Made by a program: the position numbers and the translations under genes. This document shows, piece by piece, positions 28,617 to 38,943 of a DNA stretch of 64,000 nucleotides (the stretch's first letter is position 1; each line of letters begins with the position of its first letter). Below the pieces are notes generated by a model. That model had not been told where the DNA came from. It searched no databases and was given only the letters and a program-made list of their open reading frames with translations. Source of the DNA: Candidatus Heimdallarchaeota archaeon. GTDB lineage: Archaea; Asgardarchaeota; Heimdallarchaeia; Hodarchaeales; Hodarchaeaceae. The stretch covers positions 3,009,428 to 3,073,427 of the forward strand of contig CP070695.1 of the NCBI GenBank assembly GCA_020353515.1. Reading direction: 5' to 3'.

Positions 28617-28785
28617 TTTCGCTGATAATTGATTCTAGTTTGATTAATTATATTTATGTGATTTAAATTGCCCTTCATTTAATGAAACCACTAAACAAGG
28701 TTAAATTTCACTCATTATTGTTGCCTTATTCATTAGCTATATAAAATGCAGTAATTTGCTCTTCTTCAAAAGTAATGGTTCCTAG

Positions 28786-29730
28786 GTGATTGATTTGATT
28801 ATTAATCTTACAGAAGACAAAATTAACGATGTGAAAAATTTATTAGATGAATATACGTCCTTTTTGGAACAAGAATACAAACTTAAAAAATCCGATGCCC
28901 TTAATCTGATTATGAATAACATTAAAGATGAAAATAATACTTATTATGTTTATATAGATGATTCCACACCATTAGGTCTAGTCGGAGGAAGGAAAGAACA
29001 GAGCTTAGAAACTGAGGCGTACATAACGAGAATTTTTGTTTCAGAAAAAACTACAGATGGAAGCATTGAAATAAAGCTTTTTGAGAAAGTTTTTAGAGAA
29101 TTATCAAGTAAGTATAATACAATTCGAATTATGGGGTATCAACCTTCTACAAACCTGAAGAAAATTCTGAATGATTACAGCTTTCAACCTTTTGATAGAT
29201 ATTTCATGAGTATTTCGCGAGAAACTGTTGAGAATTTACCTGAGCCTGGTTTACCAGATGAATACTGCTTTGATACTTGGAATGAGGAATTAAAGGATGT
29301 AGGAATCGAAATAATGACTGAGGCTCACATTGGATCTGTAGATAATATCATTTTCAGTTTTTTCAGAAATCATACTACAGGAATGGCATTCATGCAGAAT
29401 CTAGAAAACCATCGATGGGGAAAATTCAAACCTATTAATACTAGTATCCTTAAACATGAAGATACACCCATAGGAGTTTGTTTTATGACAGTGTTAAACC
29501 AAGGAAACGGATATATCCCAGATTTCGTTTTAAAAACGGATTATAAAGGTAGGGGATTAGGAAAAAAGTTGTTCATTAAAAGTCTTAAGTGGTTTTTAGA
29601 GAAAGAACCGAACAGTGAGGCCATTGATTTAGATGTTACAAAGAAAAATACAATTGCTTTTAATATCTACAAAACAATCGGTTTTTCCGTTCAAAGAACA
29701 TACTCCGTTTATACTTGGAATAAAGATTAA
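28786..29730 (+). CDS. GNAT acetyltransferase (tandem domains)
   Basis: C-terminal YKGRGLGKKL motif and LDV...N..AFNIY...GF. Confidence 0.85.
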   Translation: MIDLIINLTEDKINDVKNLLDEYTSFLEQEYKLKKSDALNLIMNNIKDENNTYYVYIDDSTPLGLVGGRKEQSLETEAYITRIFVSEKTTDGSIEIKLFEKVFRELSSKYNTIRIMGYQPSTNLKKILNDYSFQPFDRYFMSISRETVENLPEPGLPDEYCFDTWNEELKDVGIEIMTEAHIGSVDNIIFSFFRNHTTGMAFMQNLENHRWGKFKPINTSILKHEDTPIGVCFMTVLNQGNGYIPDFVLKTDYKGRGLGKKLFIKSLKWFLEKEPNSEAIDLDVTKKNTIAFNIYKTIGFSVQRTYSVYTWNKD

Positions 29731-30021
29731 CATTCCTAATATCATATAATCTATATTTCATTAAAGTAAATGCTTGCATTATTGAAAATAATTTATTTAA
29801 TCTATTATATTCACTATTATATTAGATATACTGTCTATATTAGAAGAAGATAGAACTAGATGAATTCCCATGTATAATGGCGGGGAATAACAAAAACTAG
29901 AATACTTTTGGAAGCTAATTTGGGCGTCAAAATTGCATTAACTGTTATCCATATATAAAGTTTGAATTCATCTTAGGAGAACGATTAATTAACTCATTCA
30001 ATTGAAAAAATTTCGAGATAG

Positions 30022-31182
30022 GTGCTTTTGATGAATTTACCTAAAAGAATTTTACTTCGTTTTAAACTTAGCATTATAATAGCCTTAGCTTTCCTTTTCA
30101 TCCTAAATCTTTTTCTTTATAAGTCAGTAGCCTCTCAAAATCCTCCAACAATAGCCCTAAAAGAACTTGGTCAAATTGACACGGGAGGTGATGCATTTGA
30201 CATCCAAGTTGTTGATACTCTTGCTTATGTTATTGATATGCGGTATGATGGTCTGAAGATCATTAACGTGTCTGATCCCTCAAACCCCACTCTGATTGGT
30301 CAATTTAGAGACGGAGGTGTTCCCCACGAACTCTTCGTTGACGAAGCACGAGATCTTGTTTTGATTGGTGACATGTGGGACGGCTTTGAAATAATTAATG
30401 TTAGCAACCCTCTCCAGCCGACAAAAGCTGGCTCATTTGATGATGGGGGAGAACCTGAATGGTTTGATGCTAATGGAAATATTGCTTATGTTGGTGATTG
30501 GCAGGAAGGTCTAGAAATTCTTAATCTTACTGATCCTTCGAATCCTACAGAGATCAGTCAACTTGATTTGAGGGATATTCTCGCAGTTCAGGTGTATCAA
30601 AACTATGTATATCTGGGTCTACCCGAATCACTGAAAATAATTAATGTGACTGATCCCAATGCTCCTAACGAGGTTAATGAGGTCGATGTCAATGGTACTA
30701 TACGAGATATGGAAGTTTTTAATGATCTCTGCTTTATGGCTTGTGAAAAGAATGAATTTCAAATCTATAATGTTAGTAATCCTTTAAATCCAGTATTTCT
30801 AGCTCTTATATCCGAAACAGGATTCGGTATGGATCTAGTTGTAAATGGAGATCTTGTTTGGGTTGCTGGTTGGGTGAATGGTTTAGCAGTATTCAATGTA
30901 TCAGATCCTACCAATCCTGTAAAGGTTGGAAACTATTATGATGATAGTGGTGCTACCAAAGGGGTTTATGTTAAGGATAACTTGATTTATGTCGCAGATA
31001 GCGATGACGGCCTTGAAATCTTAGAGATAGATAATGAAAGCTCCCATCTGTCCACTACTGAAAGCTCTCATGATACCAGTGCAGAATCCTCGGAAAGCAC
31101 TCATGTGAGCAATTATAATTTCTTATTTTCTTATGTTAGTCTTTTCATGATTCTTTTCATCAATAAATCCCGAAAATCGTGA
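30022..31182 (+). CDS. LVIVD-repeat surface protein with C-terminal membrane anchor
   Basis: Signal peptide; about 7 repeats of AYV....GL.I.NVS.P.NP; Ser/Thr/Glu linker, TM and KSRKS tail. Confidence 0.85.
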   Translation: MLLMNLPKRILLRFKLSIIIALAFLFILNLFLYKSVASQNPPTIALKELGQIDTGGDAFDIQVVDTLAYVIDMRYDGLKIINVSDPSNPTLIGQFRDGGVPHELFVDEARDLVLIGDMWDGFEIINVSNPLQPTKAGSFDDGGEPEWFDANGNIAYVGDWQEGLEILNLTDPSNPTEISQLDLRDILAVQVYQNYVYLGLPESLKIINVTDPNAPNEVNEVDVNGTIRDMEVFNDLCFMACEKNEFQIYNVSNPLNPVFLALISETGFGMDLVVNGDLVWVAGWVNGLAVFNVSDPTNPVKVGNYYDDSGATKGVYVKDNLIYVADSDDGLEILEIDNESSHLSTTESSHDTSAESSESTHVSNYNFLFSYVSLFMILFINKSRKS

Positions 31183-31261
31183 AAAGGAGAGAATAGATTT
31201 TTTTCTGCCAAAACACTTTCTGTGTTTATACATTTAAACAAGTAAAGATGAACTTTACCAC

Positions 31262-32218
31262 CTATTTTACTATAGGAAGGATATACTTTGAGAAATTATT
31301 CATATACTCAACTTCCTTCTGAAATGGAAACATGAAGATAAAATGAGACACATCTAATTCGAGATATTTTCTTAGCTGTTGAATTATTTCATCTTTTGTG
31401 CCAATTAATGCTCCTTCAACACGATTTGAGTATTCCTCTACTGATATATTCCTTTTAGCTGCTTCTTCTTGAAAAATTTCTTGTTTTTCTTTGTGATCCT
31501 TATACAATCTTACCCAGAACCCTATAGATCTAGCTATTTCTTTTGGGTCTCTGTTGTGCTTGATAGCTTGTTCATCAAGATAATTAAATATCGTTTTGCA
31601 ACGTGATGGGGAGAAAACCCAAGCTAAATTAAATCCATCACCATATTTAGCTGCGGTTCTAGTCATTTTCTTTCCTCCCTTGTTTGATCCAATCCAGATA
31701 GGGAGTCGGGGTTTAGTTAGCGGTTTAGGGAAACAAAGGGCGTCTTTCAAAATATAGTGCTTTCCAAAGTAAGAAACCTTCTCCTTCTCTTTCCACATCG
31801 CTCGTAAAACTTCAATTCCTTCAATCATTTGTTCAATACGAGTGCTTAAGGGAGGGTAGTCAATACCATAAGCCTGATATTCCATCTCCTTCCAGCCAGC
31901 ACCATAACCACAGATATATCGTCCATTTGATAAATGATCGAGAGTGGTTATCATTTTAGCTAGAATACTTGGAGTACGATAAGAATTACAGAGGACTAAA
32001 GATCCGACTTTTAAAGTAGTGTACTTGGTTAGAAGATAGGTCATTAATGTCCAAGCATCAAATGCAGGAACCTCAGTGCTTTTCTCGTTAAGAAACATGT
32101 GATCGGATACCCAAAGCGTGTCAAAACTAGTATTTTCACACATTACTGCAATTTGATCAATTGTTTCTTTAGTAAATCCGAATTGTGGCTCTATCTGGAC
32201 TCCAAATGATAATTTCAT
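31262..32218 (-). CDS. LLM-class (probably F420-dependent) oxidoreductase
   Basis: WVSDHM, GSLVLCNSYRTPS.LAKM.TTLD.LS.GR, GAGW...EY.AYG, PKP, PIWIG. Confidence 0.9.
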   Translation of the reverse strand: MKLSFGVQIEPQFGFTKETIDQIAVMCENTSFDTLWVSDHMFLNEKSTEVPAFDAWTLMTYLLTKYTTLKVGSLVLCNSYRTPSILAKMITTLDHLSNGRYICGYGAGWKEMEYQAYGIDYPPLSTRIEQMIEGIEVLRAMWKEKEKVSYFGKHYILKDALCFPKPLTKPRLPIWIGSNKGGKKMTRTAAKYGDGFNLAWVFSPSRCKTIFNYLDEQAIKHNRDPKEIARSIGFWVRLYKDHKEKQEIFQEEAAKRNISVEEYSNRVEGALIGTKDEIIQQLRKYLELDVSHFIFMFPFQKEVEYMNNFSKYILPIVK

Positions 32219-32314
32219 GAGTTATCCCGAGGTTAAAAGTGAAGAAAATGAACATTCTAAGGATTTTTGATGCAATATAATAAGATAAACTTATAGATGA
32301 AAATGAAGTCGAAT

Positions 32315-33007
32315 TCAAGCAGGTTTTCGGACTTGGATTCTATAGTACCCCGAACCTTTTTGTGAGAGTAACTTCTCTTCAAGATTTGGGGGAAAGTATA
32401 ACTCTGTATAAACAAGACTCTCAAATTTAAAATCCTTAAAGAATTCAATTATATCTTCTTTGTGGAAAAAGAAGTGGGGAATACCGTCTTCAACTCCTCC
32501 CTTTAATATGATAGTCTGATCATCAACTATAACATTAGTTTTATTCGTAAAAACTTCATCTTTTTCTTTAGTTTTAATTGTGCCATAGAATATACCTCTC
32601 GGTTTAAGAATTCTATGAATTTCAGATATTGTTTTAATTACGTCGTTCTTAAAGGCATGATGAATGACATTCATACTAATAACCAAATCAAATGTGTTGT
32701 CAGGTTGATTTATCTTCGTCATCCGCCCCTGTTGAACATCTGCCCTTAAACCTTCTTTATTTAACCATTTTTTGGTTTCTTTAATGGCCTCTTCGGAAAT
32801 ATCACTTGCTGATACTTGATAACCTAGACGTGCAAAATATATTGTATGTCTACCTACTCCACAGCCTAAATCATAGATTTTTTTGTTAAGATCACTTCCC
32901 AAAGAGTAAGATAAGCGCATGACTGGTCCATCTGGTTTTTTCCACTCATTGATGTCATTAACTTCCTCCCACTTCCACCCTACCTGTATCGAGTTCTTAT
33001 TATTCAT
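32315..33007 (-). CDS. Class I SAM-dependent methyltransferase
   Basis: YDLGCGVGRH, SDIS, FDLVIS.NVIHH, RILKPRG. Confidence 0.9.
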   Translation of the reverse strand: MNNKNSIQVGWKWEEVNDINEWKKPDGPVMRLSYSLGSDLNKKIYDLGCGVGRHTIYFARLGYQVSASDISEEAIKETKKWLNKEGLRADVQQGRMTKINQPDNTFDLVISMNVIHHAFKNDVIKTISEIHRILKPRGIFYGTIKTKEKDEVFTNKTNVIVDDQTIILKGGVEDGIPHFFFHKEDIIEFFKDFKFESLVYTELYFPPNLEEKLLSQKGSGYYRIQVRKPA

Positions 33008-33360
33008 ATAGGTACCTCTAATTGAAAGTTGTAAAATATTATTTTAAAGAACGCTATTTTATATTGCTAGCAATGCGAAAAAGACATAATTACTAAAGAA
33101 AATCAATAAGTTGAAAAACTGAGTTTATCTCTGAAAGCTTTTAACAGGTCGTTGCTCTATCTTCTTCTTTAGGAAGAAATTATTTAACCTTGATCTGACT
33201 AAACCCAAGCAATTTATATCTAAAAAATAGAAATAAAAGTTAATCCCCCTCCTCACATCTCCTATATTATCCTTGATCAATTCTTTTCATAGAACTATTT
33301 TCACTTAGATAGGAACATAGCATATAGAGTGGTAATCTGTTAAGGTAACCAATGTTAATC

Positions 33361-35043
33361 TTACCTTTGGCAATTCCTCAGTTTAATAACACTAAATGAA
33401 ATGAAAACAATAAGTACAATAATGAGGTTGAAACCAGGGGTAGTTTCCGAATCTATAGTCGTTTCTGTTGTGATCACTGATGTAATAGTTTTTATAGTTC
33501 CAGAGGATGTTTGAGAAGAGTCAGGTGGCAAAGCTGCTAGATACCCTTCAATATCAATACGAAATAGAAATCCATCTTGATTTCCTCGGAGTGTTTGTTG
33601 ATAACCATTATCTGTTGTAAAAAAATCCGAGGAGGCTGTCATACCAACAATATAGAGATTATCATTCGAAAAGTATTGATGCCAAGGATGATCTTGTCCT
33701 AAACCTCCCAAATAAGAACTAAACAATGGTTGTCCTGCTGGGGAGATCTTCATGATAATAACATCACAAGACTCACCATGTACTGTTTGAAAAGCATCTA
33801 TGAGAGGAAATCCATCAGGCCCAGCGATTCCACTAACAAAGATATTGTCATTAGAATCAATATTCACGTGGTGTACTGTATCCCAAGCAGATCCACCAAA
33901 ATAACTGGAAAAGACTAATTCTTGGCCATCTGCGGTTAGTTTGGCTACAAATCCATCTACTTCGATGTGACTGTAATTCTCTTGCCAAGCATTTACTGTA
34001 GGAAAATCAGAAGACCAAGTTCTACCAGTTATAATGATATCTCCAATGGAATCAACGGCAACTCCAAAACAATCATCCATGTGTGAACCTCCAAAGTAAG
34101 TCGCATAAATCAGCTGGCCAGAAGAATTGTGTTTTGCAATGAAGAAATCTCTATGAGAAACACTACTAATGAAATCCTGATATGCATCTTCTGTAACTGG
34201 GAAGTCTTGACTCCCTGTAAATCCAGTTGTAATAATATTATCCTGACTATCAACAGCAATCTTGTCAATTCCCTCATAGCTGCTCCCACCTAAGAATGTA
34301 GAGTATACAATTGTAGAACAATTTGCTGATATACGCATGAGAAAACCATCTGATCCACCAGCCATAATTGGTTGAGCAGCATCGGGTGTAACTGGAAAAT
34401 TGGCCGAATCGGTTCCCCCAGAGATAACAAGATTGCCTGCATAATCTATTTCACAATCATTAACATAATCATTGCCTGATGTCCCAAGATAACTAGAATA
34501 GAGTAATGAACCGTTGCTGGAAAATTTTGTTATGAAAATGTCATAATAACCAGAATTATCTTGCTGGTAGGCATCATCCGTGATTGGGAAATCATTTGAT
34601 TGGCTCATCCCAACTACAATAATATTATCGGATTCTACCGCTTCGACAAATAACCCCCCATCCATACTGGATCCCCCTAAGAATGTCGACCATAAAAGTT
34701 GCCCTTCTTTATCAAACTTCGTTAGGAAGGCATCACCACCAACACCATGATTATCGTACCCACCACCAGCAAAAGTATCCTGAAATGCGTCTAGAATTGG
34801 AAAATCGGTAGATAAGGTGAGTCCAGTAACAATAATATTCTCTTGGGAATCAATAATTACATCTCTTATTTGGTCTTCTGTCATAGAGCCTCCCAAATAG
34901 GTACTATAGACAAAATCTGTAATTTCAACTTGCATGTGTCGCTCTGGAAGTGGACTAATAGTAGATATACAACTGATGAAGTAGATTGTCAGTAGAAAAG
35001 TAACCATAAAGGATAATATCTTTAATTCGTTTTTATTTTTCAT
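33361..35043 (-). CDS. SBBP beta-propeller repeat surface protein with PGF-CTERM-like anchor
   Basis: Signal peptide; about 7 repeats of YSTYLGGS..D....I.VDS..NI..TG.T.S.DFP....A.Q; Thr-rich linker, TPGF, TM and basic tail. Confidence 0.88.
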   Translation of the reverse strand: MKNKNELKILSFMVTFLLTIYFISCISTISPLPERHMQVEITDFVYSTYLGGSMTEDQIRDVIIDSQENIIVTGLTLSTDFPILDAFQDTFAGGGYDNHGVGGDAFLTKFDKEGQLLWSTFLGGSSMDGGLFVEAVESDNIIVVGMSQSNDFPITDDAYQQDNSGYYDIFITKFSSNGSLLYSSYLGTSGNDYVNDCEIDYAGNLVISGGTDSANFPVTPDAAQPIMAGGSDGFLMRISANCSTIVYSTFLGGSSYEGIDKIAVDSQDNIITTGFTGSQDFPVTEDAYQDFISSVSHRDFFIAKHNSSGQLIYATYFGGSHMDDCFGVAVDSIGDIIITGRTWSSDFPTVNAWQENYSHIEVDGFVAKLTADGQELVFSSYFGGSAWDTVHHVNIDSNDNIFVSGIAGPDGFPLIDAFQTVHGESCDVIIMKISPAGQPLFSSYLGGLGQDHPWHQYFSNDNLYIVGMTASSDFFTTDNGYQQTLRGNQDGFLFRIDIEGYLAALPPDSSQTSSGTIKTITSVITTETTIDSETTPGFNLIIVLIVFISFSVIKLRNCQR

Positions 35044-35246
35044 TTTTTATTCCTCAATGAAAATCGAGCCTTTGAGTTATCACTTTGACTGAAATTGTCT
35101 AAGAAAATTGCTCGATAAACCAACCCAAGGAGAAATAGATATGAATAAAAAGAAAGATAGTATTTTCAATATTGAAAGTATTTTTTTGGCTGTTGTAGAA
35201 ATCAGAACAGCGATAATTATAGTTTGGTCTCAGAATTATGACTAAT

Positions 35247-36347
35247 CTAAAGCTCTTTTTCTCTTAAACGATTAATAGTGATCTGCAAAGCCTCATTTAA
35301 GGTGGAAAGAAATAAAAAACCTTTTGATGTGATTGAAAAGTTTCTATATCGGGCATCTTGAAGAACTTGAGCAGATACAAATGCCTCGATGTACTGTAAG
35401 TCAACTAGCTTTTTTATTTCTCTGGTAAGGGTAGGAGTTGGGATATTTAAACTTTGAGCTAATTTAGTTGGGTTGGTTTCACTTGGATCCTGATAAGCAA
35501 TCTCTATAAGTGTTAAAACTGTTCTTCCTTTCATCTCTGATCTGAGATCATTTTGAAAAGTAGTAGGAAAATACTCTACCATGGATGGCTGACTTACTGG
35601 TTCCAATTTTGGAATATCTCTTAATTCAGTAAGATAAGCATCTCGAATATTGTCGAGACCAATGACTACTTTATGACGAATTTCTTTTAGAAATTCAGCT
35701 TCACTCGACTGTACCAATTCAATAAAGGTTTTCTGTCCTTTGAACCTTGGACTAAGACGCAAATATATGAAACCAACCCCTGAGAGAAGAAAGATAGAAC
35801 CAAAAAGACTAAATAGTAAAACAAGAAGATTATCAGGTTCTGTATCTGTGTTTCCGTTAATGGTTGTGGTAGTAGAAGATTCCTCTTCCTGCTCTTCCCG
35901 ATTATCAATAGTAAAAGGACCATCGGAAATATCTTCTTTTGTCTCCCAATCCTTACTCCCTGCAATAACCTTAACTAAATTATTAACGCCAAAAGTTTTA
36001 TAAAGGGGAGTGTTCCACTCGTAAGTCTCTTCTAGGATGGAAAAAGCCAATTGAATCCAATTTTCCCCACCATCATGGGAATAAAAGACAGAATACCAAG
36101 GGTTATCTCCTAAGTACTGAATATCAAGGGTCCATTGAATTATCACAGTTCCGTTAAGAGTTTCCCCTCCATTGGGAAATAAAACTGTAAGCCCATTATT
36201 TTGACTAGAATCATCGTTTCCAAGAGGATAGTGGAATTGTTCACTCGAAAATGAACCAACATTAATTATTGGACAAATAGGTATAAAAAAAATGGTAATA
36301 AGGCTTCCTAGTATTAATAGATTAATTTTTCCCATGATGAATTCCAT
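35247..36347 (-). CDS. Single-pass membrane protein: extracellular Ig-like domain plus cytoplasmic winged-helix domain
   Basis: Signal peptide; TV.FPNGGE...I.W...YS.DGGENW...Y.WNT domain; acidic/Thr linker; TM LLVLLFSLFGSIFLLSGVGFIYL followed by basic residues; C-terminal PTKLAQSLNIPTPTLTREIKKLVDLQYIE...DARYR...ITSKG. Confidence 0.75.
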   Translation of the reverse strand: MEFIMGKINLLILGSLITIFFIPICPIINVGSFSSEQFHYPLGNDDSSQNNGLTVLFPNGGETLNGTVIIQWTLDIQYLGDNPWYSVFYSHDGGENWIQLAFSILEETYEWNTPLYKTFGVNNLVKVIAGSKDWETKEDISDGPFTIDNREEQEEESSTTTTINGNTDTEPDNLLVLLFSLFGSIFLLSGVGFIYLRLSPRFKGQKTFIELVQSSEAEFLKEIRHKVVIGLDNIRDAYLTELRDIPKLEPVSQPSMVEYFPTTFQNDLRSEMKGRTVLTLIEIAYQDPSETNPTKLAQSLNIPTPTLTREIKKLVDLQYIEAFVSAQVLQDARYRNFSITSKGFLFLSTLNEALQITINRLREKEL

Positions 36348-36562
36348 TGACTAAGTTTATTGGAACCTTTTTGAAATAATTTGTCACTGAAAGTAAAACC
36401 GGCGTGATCAGAAATATTAAGAAAAAGAATTAATTTAACTCTTTACCTTTGAAAGATTCCTTATTCTTTCTGGAAAAAATTTACACTCTTGCATATAAAA
36501 AGATAATATGTGAAATTGTTGCCAACTCCGATATATATTTATTCAACAAGAATCATTTTTAG

Positions 36563-36862
36563 TATGATAGTAAAGACAATTTTGTGGTAGCTACATTTGA
36601 TGATTATATAATTTTATATCGGATCGATAAATGCGGTGTACATGAAACTCTGAAAGATTTTGCCGATCCTGATGATGCTTATCTCTGCTCTTGTTATATC
36701 GGTGATACTGAAGACTATAATAGAGGAGAAATTATTCATCTGAGACGTACACAAACTTTACACCATGGTGATTTCTGTGATGAACTATATTGGAATAATG
36801 AACTATATAAGGATGTCAAACAACCCTCTTTAGCATTTACAAAAAGTTTAGGTGAAAAATGA
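36563..36862 (+). pseudogene. C-terminal fragment of an L-2-amino-thiazoline-4-carboxylate hydrolase-like (V4R-related) protein
   Basis: IDKC.VHE.LK...C..C..GD...RTQTL..GDFCD pattern; in-frame TAG at 36560-36562 just upstream, so the N-terminal half is missing. Confidence 0.55.
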
Positions 36863-36952
36863 TATTAGAAATAGATCATTTGTATAAATGAAGTTCACTA
36901 AGCCTTTCAATCTACTACTCTGAATATTTATCAAACAAAAAGGAGATGCCAA

Positions 36953-37864
36953 ATGAAGCATAGTACGAATTCTAAACAGTGGATCATCAGTGACAGTCCA
37001 TCTGAAGAGGAAATGAAAATAGTTCAGAAGGGAATTGAGGATCATAATAAGAAATTTTCAAGTGGTGGATTAGATATTCCTACTCCTGATATCAGTTTGG
37101 TTTTGAAAGACTCTAGTGGGAACATCGTTGGAGGTGTGATCACAAGTATGCTAACTGGAGTGATGCACCTAGAGGTTCTCTGGATAGATGAAACATATAG
37201 AGGTAGAGGTCTGGGAAGAGATCTTGTCTTACAAGCTGAGCGGATTGGTAAAAAAAAGGGTTACTCTGCGTCACAGACATGGACCTTTTCATTTCAAGCA
37301 CCCGAGTTTTACCAAAGCATTGGGTACAAGGTCGTTGGAATTTTCGACGGATATACCAATGGTATCACTGAATATATTCTCCTCAAGAAATTTGAATCAG
37401 ATGAACAGAACCCATATGAGGTTAATGAACTAAATCCCGTAGACTTTACCATTTTAGAAGACAAATCCGAGACATCGATGAAAATTCTTCATGAGGGATT
37501 ACGTAACTACGTCGCGGAGCATGTTGGCGAATTACGCAAGAAAAATCCAGGAATTCACATTAAATTGGTAATAAAGAATGAAGATGACCAAGTCATAGGA
37601 GGAGTACAAGCTTATACAACTCTTAAGGCAATACATGTCGTAAATCTTTGGGTCGATGAGAAATTCCGTAATACTGGGTTTGGTAGAGAGCTTTTGACGA
37701 CTGCTGAAAAAATTGCCAAAGAAAATGGTTGTATTTCAGGATTATTGAATGTTTTATCATTCCAATCCCCAGAATTCTTTCAAAAGCAGGGATACATCAT
37801 CTTCGGGGTTTCTGACGGTTATTCTGATTCAATCAAGGAATATTTTCTTAAAAAGAGATTCTAG
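36953..37864 (+). CDS. Tandem-GNAT acetyltransferase
   Basis: Two repeats: LWIDETYRGRGLG...TFSFQAPEFY and LWVDEKFRNTGFG...LSFQSPEFF. Confidence 0.9.
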   Translation: MKHSTNSKQWIISDSPSEEEMKIVQKGIEDHNKKFSSGGLDIPTPDISLVLKDSSGNIVGGVITSMLTGVMHLEVLWIDETYRGRGLGRDLVLQAERIGKKKGYSASQTWTFSFQAPEFYQSIGYKVVGIFDGYTNGITEYILLKKFESDEQNPYEVNELNPVDFTILEDKSETSMKILHEGLRNYVAEHVGELRKKNPGIHIKLVIKNEDDQVIGGVQAYTTLKAIHVVNLWVDEKFRNTGFGRELLTTAEKIAKENGCISGLLNVLSFQSPEFFQKQGYIIFGVSDGYSDSIKEYFLKKRF

Positions 37865-37919
37865 ATATATAGGAGAAAGATTTAGAACTTCATTATAAAA
37901 ATTTGAAGAAGATTCAGGG

Positions 37920-38828
37920 ATGTCTATACAATCACGACCTTACAATAAAGGCAAAGACTTCGATTCTATTATGAGGTTTCTAGCAGATCTCTATGAAAGA
38001 ACCAAATCTTACGAAAATTGGTTTCCAGATCGTTTTGAAAATAGCAGTGACACACGAGAAGATGGTGTTAACATCTGGGAGAAGGTTGAAGAAACAAGTA
38101 CTCCACAAAAAAGGACTATCGTTACTTTAACTACTCGTGATTCTCCTAGGGATTTTTTTCTTCACGTTGACCCAGATTATCGGTATGTAGAGAGAGAAAT
38201 GATAGGATGGATAGAACAACAATTCAGAAAAATGAAGAAAAAACCAGAAGGGACAGAAAAACTATGCATTAACATTCTGGAAGGAAACCCTCTGCGTGAA
38301 GCTTTACTTACTGAGTTAGGTTATAGAAATGAGAAAATTTATGGATATTACAGAATCCGTAAAGGCGATTCACCGATTTCTGAATACAAGTGCCCTGAAA
38401 ACTTCAAAATAAGAACAATAGAACGATCAGATTATGATCAGCTTGCGTTACAAATTAGAAAAGTATTTGGTCATGGAGAATGGTTTACCGCTGAAGTATT
38501 AGAATGGATTGCTCAGTGTTCATTTTATCGAGAAGACTTGGATCTTGTTGCAGTAACTCCAGATGGTACAATTGCCTCCTTTTGTACCTTTCGACTTGAC
38601 CCAAATAGTAAGATCGCCAGCTTAGAACCTATGGGAACAAATCCTGACTACAGAGGACTTGGGTTAGGAAAATCACTAATAACAGAGGGAATCAAAAGGT
38701 CAATGAAATATAATCCACCATTTTTCTATATAGATGGTGCTGCAAATAATCCAGCTGCGAACCGTTTATACGATGCGACCGGATTTACAGAAAAATATGC
38801 TATAAATTCATGGGTAAAAGAGATATGA
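37920..38828 (+). CDS. GNAT acetyltransferase
   Basis: LEPMGTNPDYRGLGLGKSL and A.RLY...GF. Confidence 0.88.
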   Translation: MSIQSRPYNKGKDFDSIMRFLADLYERTKSYENWFPDRFENSSDTREDGVNIWEKVEETSTPQKRTIVTLTTRDSPRDFFLHVDPDYRYVEREMIGWIEQQFRKMKKKPEGTEKLCINILEGNPLREALLTELGYRNEKIYGYYRIRKGDSPISEYKCPENFKIRTIERSDYDQLALQIRKVFGHGEWFTAEVLEWIAQCSFYREDLDLVAVTPDGTIASFCTFRLDPNSKIASLEPMGTNPDYRGLGLGKSLITEGIKRSMKYNPPFFYIDGAANNPAANRLYDATGFTEKYAINSWVKEI

Positions 38829-38943
38829 TTAGAAGTCTGGATTTCATTTTATCATCAGCAATGACATTTTTTGTTTCAGAGTGCTCCTTTTGGGTTTCTG
38901 ATGGCCATCCTGACGCAGAAGAGTATTTTCTCATAAAGAGATT

